Shown here: piece after piece, positions 9,982-19,229 of the stretch
How the letters are laid out: every line of letters begins with the position of its first letter
Numbering within the stretch: position 1 is the stretch's first letter
Assembly: GCA_963715745.1 (NCBI GenBank)
Contig: OY970271.1
Coordinates: forward strand, 499,129 to 563,128
Direction of reading: 5' to 3'
Length of the DNA: 64,000 bases
Source of the DNA: an uncultured Ignavibacteriales bacterium
GTDB taxonomy: Bacteria > Bacteroidota > Ignavibacteria > Ignavibacteriales > Ignavibacteriaceae
Made by a program: the position numbers and the translations under genes
Notes under the pieces: generated by a model
Seen by the model: the letters and a program-made list of their open reading frames with translations, nothing else
Told to the model about the DNA's origin: nothing
Database searches by the model: none

Positions 9982-10398
9982 TTAATGATGATCGCAGACC
10001 AGGTCCGTTTCATTCTTCAGTTTTCCTTTAATAAACCTGTTCACAGCATCATCAATCATTTCAACATCTGTAAAGAGTGTTGCTATGTTATATTGTTTTA
10101 AATCTTCAACCACTCTCCATCTCCCGCCGGAAGATATAAGATACTTACAATCCCTTAATCCATTTATTAAATTTTCATGGCTGTGTCTTCCTTGCACTTC
10201 GCCATGATGTTGATAATGCTTTCCATCACTTCTGTGATTTGTAAAATTATTTTCTCTTAATTCGTTGCTAACAATTCTATCGCCATCAATCTCATAAACC
10301 ATAAACGCTCTGCATCTGCCAATGTGTCCTGTAACTCTTTTCTGATCGTTTGTTGCAATTGCTATTTTACCATTGAAGTTATTTGTTTGGTTGTTCAT
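9982..10398 (-). CDS. NifB/NifX-family (dinitrogenase FeMo-cofactor-binding fold) protein with His-rich insert
   Basis: 138 aa. IAIATNDQKRVTGHIGRCRAFMVYEI is typical of the NifX/NifB C-terminal domain. The insert is HRSDGKHYQHHGEVQGRHSHE. Confidence 0.7.
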   Translation of the reverse strand: MNNQTNNFNGKIAIATNDQKRVTGHIGRCRAFMVYEIDGDRIVSNELRENNFTNHRSDGKHYQHHGEVQGRHSHENLINGLRDCKYLISSGGRWRVVEDLKQYNIATLFTDVEMIDDAVNRFIKGKLKNETDLVCDHH

Positions 10399-10443
10399 TG
10401 TATTATTTCCGTATTTATTTGGAATTTTGTGTTTGGTTTTTAT

Positions 10444-10725
10444 CTAATAATTTTCATTTATTCTAATTGCTTTACCGTTTAAGATACCATCAGAAACTTT
10501 TTTCCTGGCAATCTCCAAAATCCGGCCGAAGGTTGCCCGCGAAATTTTCATTTCCTTTGCTGCCTTTTCGTGAGTGTAAGCAAGTAAATCAGCAAGACGC
10601 AGAGACTCAAGTTCGTCGTGATCAAGGATAATCTCTTGTAATTCGTTCATCGGTATTCCCCGCGGTTTGAAATAATAAGCCGAAGGATTACAGCAGATTC
10701 TTCGATGTTTTCTTGGTCTTGGCAT
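10444..10725 (-). CDS. DUF134 (UPF0251) putative DNA-binding protein
   Basis: The N-terminus MPRPRKHRRICCNPSAYYFKPRGIP is the DUF134 signature. The C-terminal half is sigma-region-4/HTH-like (HEKAAKEMKISRATFGRIL). The track ORF starts 9 nt earlier at a GTG; ATG 10725 is preferred. Confidence 0.85.
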   Translation of the reverse strand: MPRPRKHRRICCNPSAYYFKPRGIPMNELQEIILDHDELESLRLADLLAYTHEKAAKEMKISRATFGRILEIARKKVSDGILNGKAIRINENY

Positions 10726-10747
10726 TTGTTGCACGTCTTATTAATAA

Positions 10748-10767
10748 TTATGAGCATATGCTCATAA
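10748..10767. promoter_or_regulatory. perfect 20-bp palindrome upstream of the DUF134 gene (candidate operator)
   Basis: TTATGAGCATATGCTCATAA lies 23 nt upstream of ATG 10725. Confidence 0.5.
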
Positions 10768-10834
10768 CAAAAATACGTAATCCGGAGTAGTAAATCAAAT
10801 CTTAACTGATAATGTTCAGAAGGGGTGTGTAATC

Positions 10835-11923
10835 TTAATTTAAACGAGATTTAATTGTATTCACTACATATTCAGCATCTCTTTCAGCCCCGTGTATCAT
10901 TGCAGAAGAAAGTGAATAAAGAAAATGCATCCCAACAAAATATAATCCGGGTTCATTTTTAACTACACCACGATCCTGCATTGGTTCTCTGTTTTTAAAG
11001 ATGGGAAGATCAATCCATGAAAAAGCAGGATAAAAGCCTGTGCACCAGATTATATTTTTTACATCAATCACTTGCTGATTTTCATCAACGGGAAGTCCGT
11101 CTTTCACGGCCACAATTTTTGGAGTGCGCTTTATCCCATAATTGACGAAATCTTTAGGTTTATTCCTAATAAGAGGGCCGCCCTGGGAAGTAACTTTTGG
11201 TCTGACCTTTCTTCCTATTGGTGTACCGGTAGTAAGAATTCTGTGGAATAAAAATCTTATTACCAATCTTACCATAATTAACTTTGCAAGTGTTCCTTCA
11301 ATATTAAAGGGTATGTGCCCGGTGTCTCTCCCTGCAAGCCAGACTTCGCGGTTATTTCTCGCGGCTTCCAATGCTAGTTCAGAACCCGAGTTACCGGCAC
11401 CAACAACGAGCACTGCACCTTCCTGAAGTTGAGATAGATCGCGGTAATCGAAAGAATGAATTTGTACAATTTCCGGATTAATATCTTTAGCGAAGCTTGG
11501 AATTTTAGGATTCTGATAATTTGACATTGCAATTACAACATGCTCAGCTACAAATTGTTGATCGCCTGCAGAAATACAATACCTGTTTCCTTCTCTTGAA
11601 AGTCCATCTACCTTAACTTTATTTTTTACAGGCAGATTAAAATGTTGTGCATAGTTTTCAAGATAATCTCCCATTTCATCCTTTGTTGGGAAATAATTAG
11701 GATCAGAGGGGAAAGGCATACCGGAAAGCCCATCAAATTTCGCCGGAGTAAAAAGTCGGAGTGAATCCCAGCGGTTACGCCAGGAATCTCCTACTCGTTC
11801 ACTAGCATCAAGAATGAGAAAGTCGATATTATTCTTTTTCAGGAAATAGCCGGCAGACAATCCTGCCTGCCCGGCACCGATAATAATTACTTTGTGTTTT
11901 TCGAAATTCGATTTATTGTTCAT
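10835..11923 (-). CDS. FAD/NAD(P)-binding oxidoreductase (flavin-containing monooxygenase / CzcO-like)
   Basis: 362 aa with two dinucleotide motifs, IIIGAGQAGLSAG and VVGAGNSGSELA. Confidence 0.85.
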   Translation of the reverse strand: MNNKSNFEKHKVIIIGAGQAGLSAGYFLKKNNIDFLILDASERVGDSWRNRWDSLRLFTPAKFDGLSGMPFPSDPNYFPTKDEMGDYLENYAQHFNLPVKNKVKVDGLSREGNRYCISAGDQQFVAEHVVIAMSNYQNPKIPSFAKDINPEIVQIHSFDYRDLSQLQEGAVLVVGAGNSGSELALEAARNNREVWLAGRDTGHIPFNIEGTLAKLIMVRLVIRFLFHRILTTGTPIGRKVRPKVTSQGGPLIRNKPKDFVNYGIKRTPKIVAVKDGLPVDENQQVIDVKNIIWCTGFYPAFSWIDLPIFKNREPMQDRGVVKNEPGLYFVGMHFLYSLSSAMIHGAERDAEYVVNTIKSRLN

Positions 11924-11958
11924 TTGATTTTAAATCCTTCTAATAATTTATTTTTCTA

Positions 11959-12414
11959 TTATTGTTTGGGAACTACACCAAGCTGCTGCATTAATCCCAA
12001 TTCATCAACATTTGTCCAGCACTCGACAAATTTTCCATCTGATATTTTATCAATATCCATTGCAGTAAATATAACTGTTTTACCGGTTGCAGGAATACCC
12101 TTAAATTCACCTTTGTGTGTACCGGTAGCAGTCCAATGAGTAACAATTTTATCATCTTCAGCAATCTGATCTATAATTTTAAAATGAATATCCGGAAATG
12201 CATTTCTAAGATTTGTATAAAATCTTTTAACATCTTCCGGACCTTTTAGATCTTCACCGGCTCTGGGAAAATGTATAACAAAGTCTTCTGTTACCAAATC
12301 CCCGAGAATATCAAAATTTCCCCCATTCCAGATTTCTTCAACAGCTTTCCGAAGAAGTTCCTTATTCTGCTCTATAACAGAATTCTCTTTTTCGTTAATA
12401 ACTGTGCTCATCAT
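11959..12414 (-). CDS. SnoaL-like ester cyclase (NTF2 fold)
   Basis: 151 aa with the pattern EEIWNGGNFDILGDLVTEDFVIH...THKGEFKGIPATGK, typical of the ester cyclase family. Confidence 0.75.
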   Translation of the reverse strand: MMSTVINEKENSVIEQNKELLRKAVEEIWNGGNFDILGDLVTEDFVIHFPRAGEDLKGPEDVKRFYTNLRNAFPDIHFKIIDQIAEDDKIVTHWTATGTHKGEFKGIPATGKTVIFTAMDIDKISDGKFVECWTNVDELGLMQQLGVVPKQ

Positions 12415-12531
12415 TTTCTCCTTTCTTATTGTTAATAATTCTAATTGCTGACGAAAACTTAATATTTGCAGAGAGGTAATAAATCAGGGGTACTACGTAT
12501 TTGAAGTTGTTTTAACACGTAATCTTTGTTG

Positions 12532-12657
12532 AGATTCTTCGCTATCGCTCAGAATGACGAGGAAGTCTGGATCGTCATTCTGAATGAAGCAAAGCGGAAT
12601 GAAGAATCTTTGGAACAGGTTTAAAGATTCTTCGTCCCTTCAGGACTCATAATGACA
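12532..12657. repeat. intergenic hairpin repeat, family A (GTCATTCTGA...GAAGAATC type)
   Basis: The arm gattcttcgctatcgctcagaatgacg pairs with cgtcattctgaatgaagcaaagcggaatgaagaatc. A third half-copy, gattcttcgtcccttcaggactcataatgac, follows. Confidence 0.8.
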
Positions 12658-12665
12658 ATGGATCG

Positions 12666-14336
12666 CTAGGTGAGAATCAAATTATGCTTTATTGCATATG
12701 AAGCCACATATGCTCTGGCAGATTTTCCGGAAACACCTAATTTGCTGTAGATATTAGTAAGATGTTTTTCAACTGTGCGGATGCTTAAAAAAAGTTTTTC
12801 TGCTATTTCTTCGTTGTTCTTACCTTCCGAAATAAGTCTTAATATTTCCAATTCCCTCCCGGTAAATTCATATTTGTTTTTCGCTGAATCAATTAAATTA
12901 TCTTTGTATAAATTCTTCAAAATAAATTTCGCTTTTTCATAATCTTTTTCCGCCCCCAGCTCTTTAAATTTTGTTATTGCTAAATTTAATTCTCCCTCAG
13001 CCTGGGCGGGCCTTTCAAGTTTAATTAAGACTTCTGCAAGACTTATTCTGTTTCTCGATGATTCAAAAGGCAGCTTTATTTTCTCAAAAATATCAATTGC
13101 ATCTTCAAGATTGTATCTAGCCTGCTCATAATTTTTTTGTTCGGAATATAAGTTTCCTTCTGCACTTAGAACGGCTGCTTTGATCGGCAAAGTATTAATT
13201 GATTTTGATATCTCTTTCAATTCATTCAATAAACTTTCTGCTTTTTCTAGTTTTCCAAGTTTGAGGTTTATTCTTATAAGCAGTTCTGACACGACCGTTC
13301 GTTCAGCTTTCTCGATTTCGGAAAATCTTCGCAGATATCTTTCGGCAAGATCAAGTGCCTTTTCGTATTCTCCTTTATCAAAAAATAGAAAAGCCGAATA
13401 CAATTGTTTAAGGGGATGTGATTCTACTTTGTTCAATAACTCTTCCGCTTCAGCCCACTTTCCCTGTCTTCGTTTTAAATCTGCTAGACGTACGGTACAG
13501 GCATTAACCTGAATTGGTCTGAACTCCTGAAGTTCATTAGCTGCCGAGAGGAGTTCCTCTTCAGCTTCGTTCCAATCCCCTTTCCATATTAATAACCCTG
13601 CGTGCTTCATTCTGCAGTTTGCAAACATTGCTTTATATCGCCACTTCTTGCAGAGTTCTTTAACATTATCGCACCATTGTGTTGCACGTTCATAATCTCT
13701 TATTCTTTCGCAGGCATCAATCAGGTAACAGCAGGTTATGGTTGTGAATTTAATATCGCTTTGATCAGAATTAACGGCGAGCAAAGTTGCATCGTCAAGT
13801 AACGGCATTCCTTCAGAAATATTTCCTTCAACAACAAGTATGAATCCTTTTAAAGCTTCGGCGAGCATTTCACCGTCAATGTTTTTAAGAGACTTGCTCA
13901 TCTGTAAACTTTCATCGAGCAGCTTAAAAGCAAGTTCAGAATTTTTATCGACCTGGAAGGTCCATCTTGCTTTTAAAATCTTGAACATGCATAATTCAGT
14001 GGAAGACGGCAATCCTTCAAGAAGATTCTCTGCTCTTTTGAACCACCCACTTGCGACAGCAAACTCGCCTTTGAATTCTATATAATCTACACCAAGCCAG
14101 CAGGCATTTCGAGCCGCACCAAGCTTGTCTTCGTTTTCTAAAGATAGATTATAAGCTTTCGTACGATATTCAAAAACAGATTGCGCATCATTTAACCACC
14201 AGTTAGCCCATCCGAGCTCTTCATAAACTTCGGGTGATTCTTCCTGATTCAGCGCATCGACCAGAAAATCTTTGGCTTTTTCCCATTCGCCAACGGATAA
14301 TGCAGCGCGTCCTTTATTTAATAATTCGTCAGTCAT
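12666..14336 (-). CDS. LuxR-family transcriptional regulator with long N-terminal TPR-like region
   Basis: 556 aa with a C-terminal LuxR HTH (FTGRELEILRLISEGKNNEEIAEKLFLSIRTVEKHLTNIYSKLGV). The N-terminus is a repetitive helical TPR-like region. Confidence 0.9.
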   Translation of the reverse strand: MTDELLNKGRAALSVGEWEKAKDFLVDALNQEESPEVYEELGWANWWLNDAQSVFEYRTKAYNLSLENEDKLGAARNACWLGVDYIEFKGEFAVASGWFKRAENLLEGLPSSTELCMFKILKARWTFQVDKNSELAFKLLDESLQMSKSLKNIDGEMLAEALKGFILVVEGNISEGMPLLDDATLLAVNSDQSDIKFTTITCCYLIDACERIRDYERATQWCDNVKELCKKWRYKAMFANCRMKHAGLLIWKGDWNEAEEELLSAANELQEFRPIQVNACTVRLADLKRRQGKWAEAEELLNKVESHPLKQLYSAFLFFDKGEYEKALDLAERYLRRFSEIEKAERTVVSELLIRINLKLGKLEKAESLLNELKEISKSINTLPIKAAVLSAEGNLYSEQKNYEQARYNLEDAIDIFEKIKLPFESSRNRISLAEVLIKLERPAQAEGELNLAITKFKELGAEKDYEKAKFILKNLYKDNLIDSAKNKYEFTGRELEILRLISEGKNNEEIAEKLFLSIRTVEKHLTNIYSKLGVSGKSARAYVASYAIKHNLILT

Positions 14337-14695
14337 AATTCATTTAACCTTAATCCATACTAACCGGGTATCTTCAAAATATTAAAATAATCGGTTAACA
14401 TAAAGAAAAATAAATGATAAAATTAAGTTTAAAGAACAATGTGAATCTGTAGCATAATTTTCCCCGGATTCCTAAAATAGAATCCAACTATAAGTATTTT
14501 CTGCAATTATTTAGCTCATAGCAAAGCTTTTAAAAAGTTCAAGGCCAATGATTTTTTATCATGGAACATAAATGCTTTGATGAGGAATATTCCAAAGAAT
14601 ACAATAACTTCGTCAGTTTTTATCCTAAATGGAATATGCTGTAGAAATCCTGTAGTTGAACCGAGTGAGATTTAAAAAATTTAAATTTTCAGTTT

Positions 14696-15196
14696 TTATT
14701 TAATGCTCTTTTCAACATTATCTATCTTTTTCATCACATTAGAACTAAGTTCCTCTTTATAAGAAATCATTTTCTTTCTGAGCTTTTTATCATTAACAGA
14801 AAGAATTTGAACAGCCAGTAGTCCCGCGTTTTTTGCATTATTTAATGCAACAGTCGCAACTGGTACACCTCCCGGCATTTGCAAAATTGAAAGAACTGAA
14901 TCCCATCCATCAAGGGAGTTGGAAGACTTGATCGGGACTCCGATCACTGGCAGTGGAGAAATAGCGGCAACCATTCCCGGCAAGTGTGCAGCACCGCCCG
15001 CGCCTGCAATTACTACTTGGACTCCTCTTTCGTGTGCCTTCTCTGCAAACTCAAATAATCTTTTTGGTGTTCGATGTGCAGACACAATAGTTATTTCAAA
15101 CGGAACTTTAAACTCCTTTAATATTTTCCCTGCTTCCTGCATAACATTTAAGTCTGAATCAGAACCCATTATTATGCTGACTAATGGTTTTTCCAT
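14696..15196 (-). CDS. purE: N5-carboxyaminoimidazole ribonucleotide mutase
   Basis: 166 aa with the motifs IMGSDSD, SAHRTP and GGAAHLPGM. Confidence 0.95.
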   Translation of the reverse strand: MEKPLVSIIMGSDSDLNVMQEAGKILKEFKVPFEITIVSAHRTPKRLFEFAEKAHERGVQVVIAGAGGAAHLPGMVAAISPLPVIGVPIKSSNSLDGWDSVLSILQMPGGVPVATVALNNAKNAGLLAVQILSVNDKKLRKKMISYKEELSSNVMKKIDNVEKSIK

Positions 15197-16347
15197 GACA
15201 CAACCTTCATTTTTTGTTTAACAAAATCTGCTTTACTTTTTGCCTCATCTATTGTTGATGCCAAAACAGTTACGTGCCCCATTTTCCTGTATGGCTTTGT
15301 AATCTTTTTTCCATAAAGATGAATTTTAACTCCTTCGATTGCCAAACACTCGGTGAGACCTTCATATTTCACTTTTCCTTCGAAACCTGGTTCGCCCAAA
15401 AGATTTATCATAACAGCGGGTAATTTTAGATGTGTACTTCCAAGAGGTAAATTAAAAATTGCTCTAAGCTGTTGTTCAAACTGTGATGTTATTGCACTCT
15501 CGATTGTATGATGACCACTGTTGTGTGTGCGCGGTGCAATTTCATTAATCCAGATTTTACTATTCTTATCAACAAACATTTCAACTGCAAGCAGTCCATA
15601 AAGATTAAGCCCGGTAATGATTTTTATTGCCATGTCTCCGGCTTCTTTTTCAATTTCAGAAGGTAAGGTGGATGGACAAATTAGTTTTTCAACAAGATTA
15701 GCTTTGGGATTAAATTCCATTTCTACTGTGGGATGACATTTAACTTCCCCTCGTTCGTTTCTTGCAACTATAGCAGAAATTTCCTTGTCTATGTCAATAT
15801 GTTCTTCAACTTCCGATGCACCATCGAGAAGAATTTCTAAATCATCTTTTGAATGAATGATCGCAACACCTTTTCCATCGTAACCACCTTTGCGTAACTT
15901 TTGAACAAACGGATACGAAAGCTTTCTGCTATTAATTGAATTAATTATTTCCTGCTTGTCATTGTAGAATTTGAATGATGAAGAGGGAACACCTAACTTT
16001 TCAAAAAACTGTTTTTGTAATCCCTTATCCTGAATTATTGCAAGTTTATCCGGATCAGGGAAAATCCTTTTCCCTTCTTGCTTTAATTTTTTCAATGCTT
16101 CTATGTTTACATTCTCAAGTTCAAGAGTAAGAACATCAACAAGATGCCCAAACTCATAAACATCATCAAAATTCAGAGGATCACCTTTAAAGAAAACAGT
16201 GCAGGATGATGATGCAGGACAATGTTCATCTTTATCGAGAATATATGTATTCACATTCCAGTTGCTTGCCGCCAGAACTAGCATTTTCCCTAATTGTCCT
16301 CCGGCAATAATACCCAGTTTTATTTCAGATGTAACAAGTTTTTCCAT
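15181..16347 (-). CDS. purK: N5-carboxyaminoimidazole ribonucleotide synthase (ATP-grasp)
   Basis: 388 aa with [12 protein letters not shown] and an ATP-grasp core. It overlaps purE by 16 nt. Confidence 0.95.
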   Translation of the reverse strand: MEKLVTSEIKLGIIAGGQLGKMLVLAASNWNVNTYILDKDEHCPASSSCTVFFKGDPLNFDDVYEFGHLVDVLTLELENVNIEALKKLKQEGKRIFPDPDKLAIIQDKGLQKQFFEKLGVPSSSFKFYNDKQEIINSINSRKLSYPFVQKLRKGGYDGKGVAIIHSKDDLEILLDGASEVEEHIDIDKEISAIVARNERGEVKCHPTVEMEFNPKANLVEKLICPSTLPSEIEKEAGDMAIKIITGLNLYGLLAVEMFVDKNSKIWINEIAPRTHNSGHHTIESAITSQFEQQLRAIFNLPLGSTHLKLPAVMINLLGEPGFEGKVKYEGLTECLAIEGVKIHLYGKKITKPYRKMGHVTVLASTIDEAKSKADFVKQKMKVVSWKNH

Positions 16348-17016
16348 TCAATTAAAAATATTTATGAGAGTTTATAAATATAGTAATTATAGTTTTTGGA
16401 GATAAATTTCCGCAGCGGTTAAGAGTTTTTGTTTTTCCTTTTCCACATTTTTTCAAATGTTTTAATCAGCATTCCGAGTCTGGGATTTGAAAGAAAAAAT
16501 TCTCTGTGCTTATTCATAGATCTCCAGAATAATCCATCCCAGATTGTTTACCATTCGCCTTTTTAAAAGTTGCTCATTTTCATTAAATAATTACTTCTGC
16601 TGATATTCGGCTTTGTCTTTTGATAATGCCGGATGCTTTTCAATTAGTTGATGAGGAAAAATTAAAATTGCAGACTTAATTTTGGATAATCATTTAAAAT
16701 GGAGAATAGAAAATCACAGACATCAATGTTTTTCATATTCTTTTTAATTTATAGTAGAAACAAAGAATACTGAAAAATTGTTCCGTTTTTAATTCAAAAT
16801 AAATAAAACCATAAAAGTCGAAATTATTTTTTCTATTATGAAGTTTAAGTAGATATAACTATTAATTTTCAAAAGAGGCAATAATTCATTTTAAGGAGTT
16901 TAATTTAGAAGAAGGATTCAAATCAGGAAAGAAGATCGGCGAGTACGCTTTTCAAAATTTTTTAATGCCGGTGGATAAAGGGATAGAATAAAAATAATAG
17001 CAAAGGTAATCTGGTT

Positions 17017-17913
17017 TTAAATTCCTAAAAGCCTCATAATCAAAAAGATTATAATCCCTGTTATCGATCCAAGATAAATCCGGCGTATATATTTTCTTCC
17101 TTCTTCATTTTTGGATTTCAATAACATCAACGCCGGGAAAGCGATGGCTATATCCATTATTCCAATGGGCGCCAGGTAAATAATTGCAAACCAATTGATT
17201 ATAAATGGAATAAATGACAACAGGATAACAAAAAAGAAAATGATTACACTTGTTTTGATTGCAGTTGATTTACCAAACTTTATTGCCAATGAATTAGAAT
17301 TTATAAGCTTGTCGCCTTTAATATCCATTGCATCGGCAGCGATCTCTTCTCCAAGATCTATTAACGCAGCTATCAACCCAAAGAACAGAACTATTTTGTG
17401 AAATGGCAATCCCACACTTGCACCGCCGTAAATGAAAGTCATACCAACAGAAAAGCTAACCATCAGATTTCCAGGCAAGCCACTCTTTTTGAAATAACGG
17501 TTGTAAAGAAATCCAATTGCCGCCAAAACAATTGAAATGAAAAGCACGGTAATGTTGATTAAATAAGCGAGTAGAGTTCCTGTGAATAAAAGAAGCAGTG
17601 AAAAGTTTAAAGCTTCATTTGCTGTTACGAGTTTTGAGGGGATTGGACGAAGTGGTGAATTTATTTTATCTGTCTCTACATCGAAATAATCATTCATTAC
17701 TAATATTGATGCGGAAATTAAAAACACAGAAACAAAACCCAAAATTGTAACAACAACAGAGGTAAATTCTCCAAGCGCTAACATCTGCCCCATCACAACA
17801 CACACTCCAGCAGAAAAGGGAAGTTCGAAACGTATAAGTTTGAGAAGACCTTTAATTTTGTTCATACTATTTTCACGACTGAAACAATTACACTGTGGCA
17901 GAGAATATTCCAT
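17017..17913 (-). CDS. UbiA-family prenyltransferase, archaeal DGGGP-synthase-like
   Basis: 298 aa with about 8 TM segments, the Asp-rich motif NDYFDVETDKINSPLRPIPS and a second motif DIKGD. The likely true start is MNKIKG at 17865. Confidence 0.85.
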   Translation of the reverse strand: MEYSLPQCNCFSRENSMNKIKGLLKLIRFELPFSAGVCVVMGQMLALGEFTSVVVTILGFVSVFLISASILVMNDYFDVETDKINSPLRPIPSKLVTANEALNFSLLLLFTGTLLAYLINITVLFISIVLAAIGFLYNRYFKKSGLPGNLMVSFSVGMTFIYGGASVGLPFHKIVLFFGLIAALIDLGEEIAADAMDIKGDKLINSNSLAIKFGKSTAIKTSVIIFFFVILLSFIPFIINWFAIIYLAPIGIMDIAIAFPALMLLKSKNEEGRKYIRRIYLGSITGIIIFLIMRLLGI

Positions 17914-17964
17914 TCATCACAATACGACTTAAGTTGGATGGGTTCGCTTGACGTTCCTGGAATA

Positions 17965-19038
17965 TTATCTCCCTTTAAATTTCTTCACATCTTTCATAGC
18001 TGAATGAAAGAACTTGCCCCACTTTTTATCCTTCTTTCTCTTTTCAACATAAGACATTTCATTGTACTGCGACTCTTTATAAATCTTAATGTAATTGTTA
18101 TAACGCTCTTCAGATATTTTCCCCTTTGCCACCGCTTCCAGAACTGCACAGCCGGCTTCGACAGTGTGAGTGCAGTCTTTGTATTTACATTGATCTGCAA
18201 GTTCATCAATTTCATTGAACGTATCACCAAGTCCCAACTCATTTGAGATAACGCCGAGCTCTCTCATTCCCGGGTTGTCAATTATTATTGCACCGTTTTG
18301 CAGAACGATAAGTTCGCGGCGAGTAGTAGTGTGTTTTCCTCTTCCGTCTTTTTCTCTTATCGGCTGAGTTTTGTAGAGGTCCTGATGAATTAGATTATTA
18401 AGCAAAGTTGTTTTGCCAACTCCCGATGAACCAAGCAAACAGTAAGTCTTAAATGGTTCAAAAAGGGTTTTAATATTTTCTATATCACTTTGGTTGTTGT
18501 TGCTGAAAGAAGCAATCGTAACATCAGGCAGGATTTTGCGAATGTCATTTTTCTTTTGCTCAATTTCTTCTACACTGATAAGATCGCTTTTACTTAAGAA
18601 TATTGCCGGAGTTATTTTGCCTTCGTTTATCATTACCAGGTAGCGTTCGAGTCTTCTTAAATTAAAATTGGAATCCAGCGACTGCATAATGATTGCAGTA
18701 TCTATGTTTGCAGCAATAAGCTGGTAATCAACTTTTTTGCCGGAAGCTTTTCTTTTCAGTAATGATTTACGTGGAAGGACGTCGTGAATAATTGCAAGCT
18801 CATCATCATCGAAGAGCTGAGCATAAACAAAATCGCCGACAGCGGGCAGATCGAACGAGTCCTCAGAATTAAATAAAAACTTTCCTGTCAGCTCTGCATA
18901 AATATCTTTTACGCCGTTGGAAACAACAAAGCTGTTCTTGTTTACGCTTATTACTCTTACAATGTTGAAATCAGTTTTAGATAAATCAACTTTATCTTGA
19001 AACCAGTTTTTGAAGCCGAGGTTTTGTAGGTTGTTCAT
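17965..19038 (-). CDS. rsgA: ribosome small-subunit-dependent GTPase A
   Basis: 357 aa with an OB-fold N-terminus, circularly permuted GTPase motifs (GSSGVGKTTLLNNL, DGRGKHTTT) and a Zn knuckle CKYKDCTHTVEAGCAV. Confidence 0.95.
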   Translation of the reverse strand: MNNLQNLGFKNWFQDKVDLSKTDFNIVRVISVNKNSFVVSNGVKDIYAELTGKFLFNSEDSFDLPAVGDFVYAQLFDDDELAIIHDVLPRKSLLKRKASGKKVDYQLIAANIDTAIIMQSLDSNFNLRRLERYLVMINEGKITPAIFLSKSDLISVEEIEQKKNDIRKILPDVTIASFSNNNQSDIENIKTLFEPFKTYCLLGSSGVGKTTLLNNLIHQDLYKTQPIREKDGRGKHTTTRRELIVLQNGAIIIDNPGMRELGVISNELGLGDTFNEIDELADQCKYKDCTHTVEAGCAVLEAVAKGKISEERYNNYIKIYKESQYNEMSYVEKRKKDKKWGKFFHSAMKDVKKFKGR

Positions 19039-19199
19039 AAAAAATTTTCGATTAGAACATTTTTTAATTGATTTTTCGCGTTAAAGCTCTAACAAACTAA
19101 TTGAATACGTAATATTTCACTTGCATACTTAACCAACAACCCTTATGTTTGTAGTGAACCACTGAAAATGCGAATGCATCGTAGGTGGTGTTAGAATTT

Positions 19200-19229
19200 A
19201 AGGCGATCTGTTCAGGTCGCCTTTTTTAT
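19200..19229 (+). terminator. hairpin plus T-run; canonical on the plus strand, and also directly downstream of the minus-strand DUF3800 stop
   Basis: The hairpin aaggcgatctgttcaggtcgcctt is followed by ttttttattt on the plus strand. On the minus strand it follows the TAA stop at 19228-19226 but has only a weak T tail. Confidence 0.5.
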
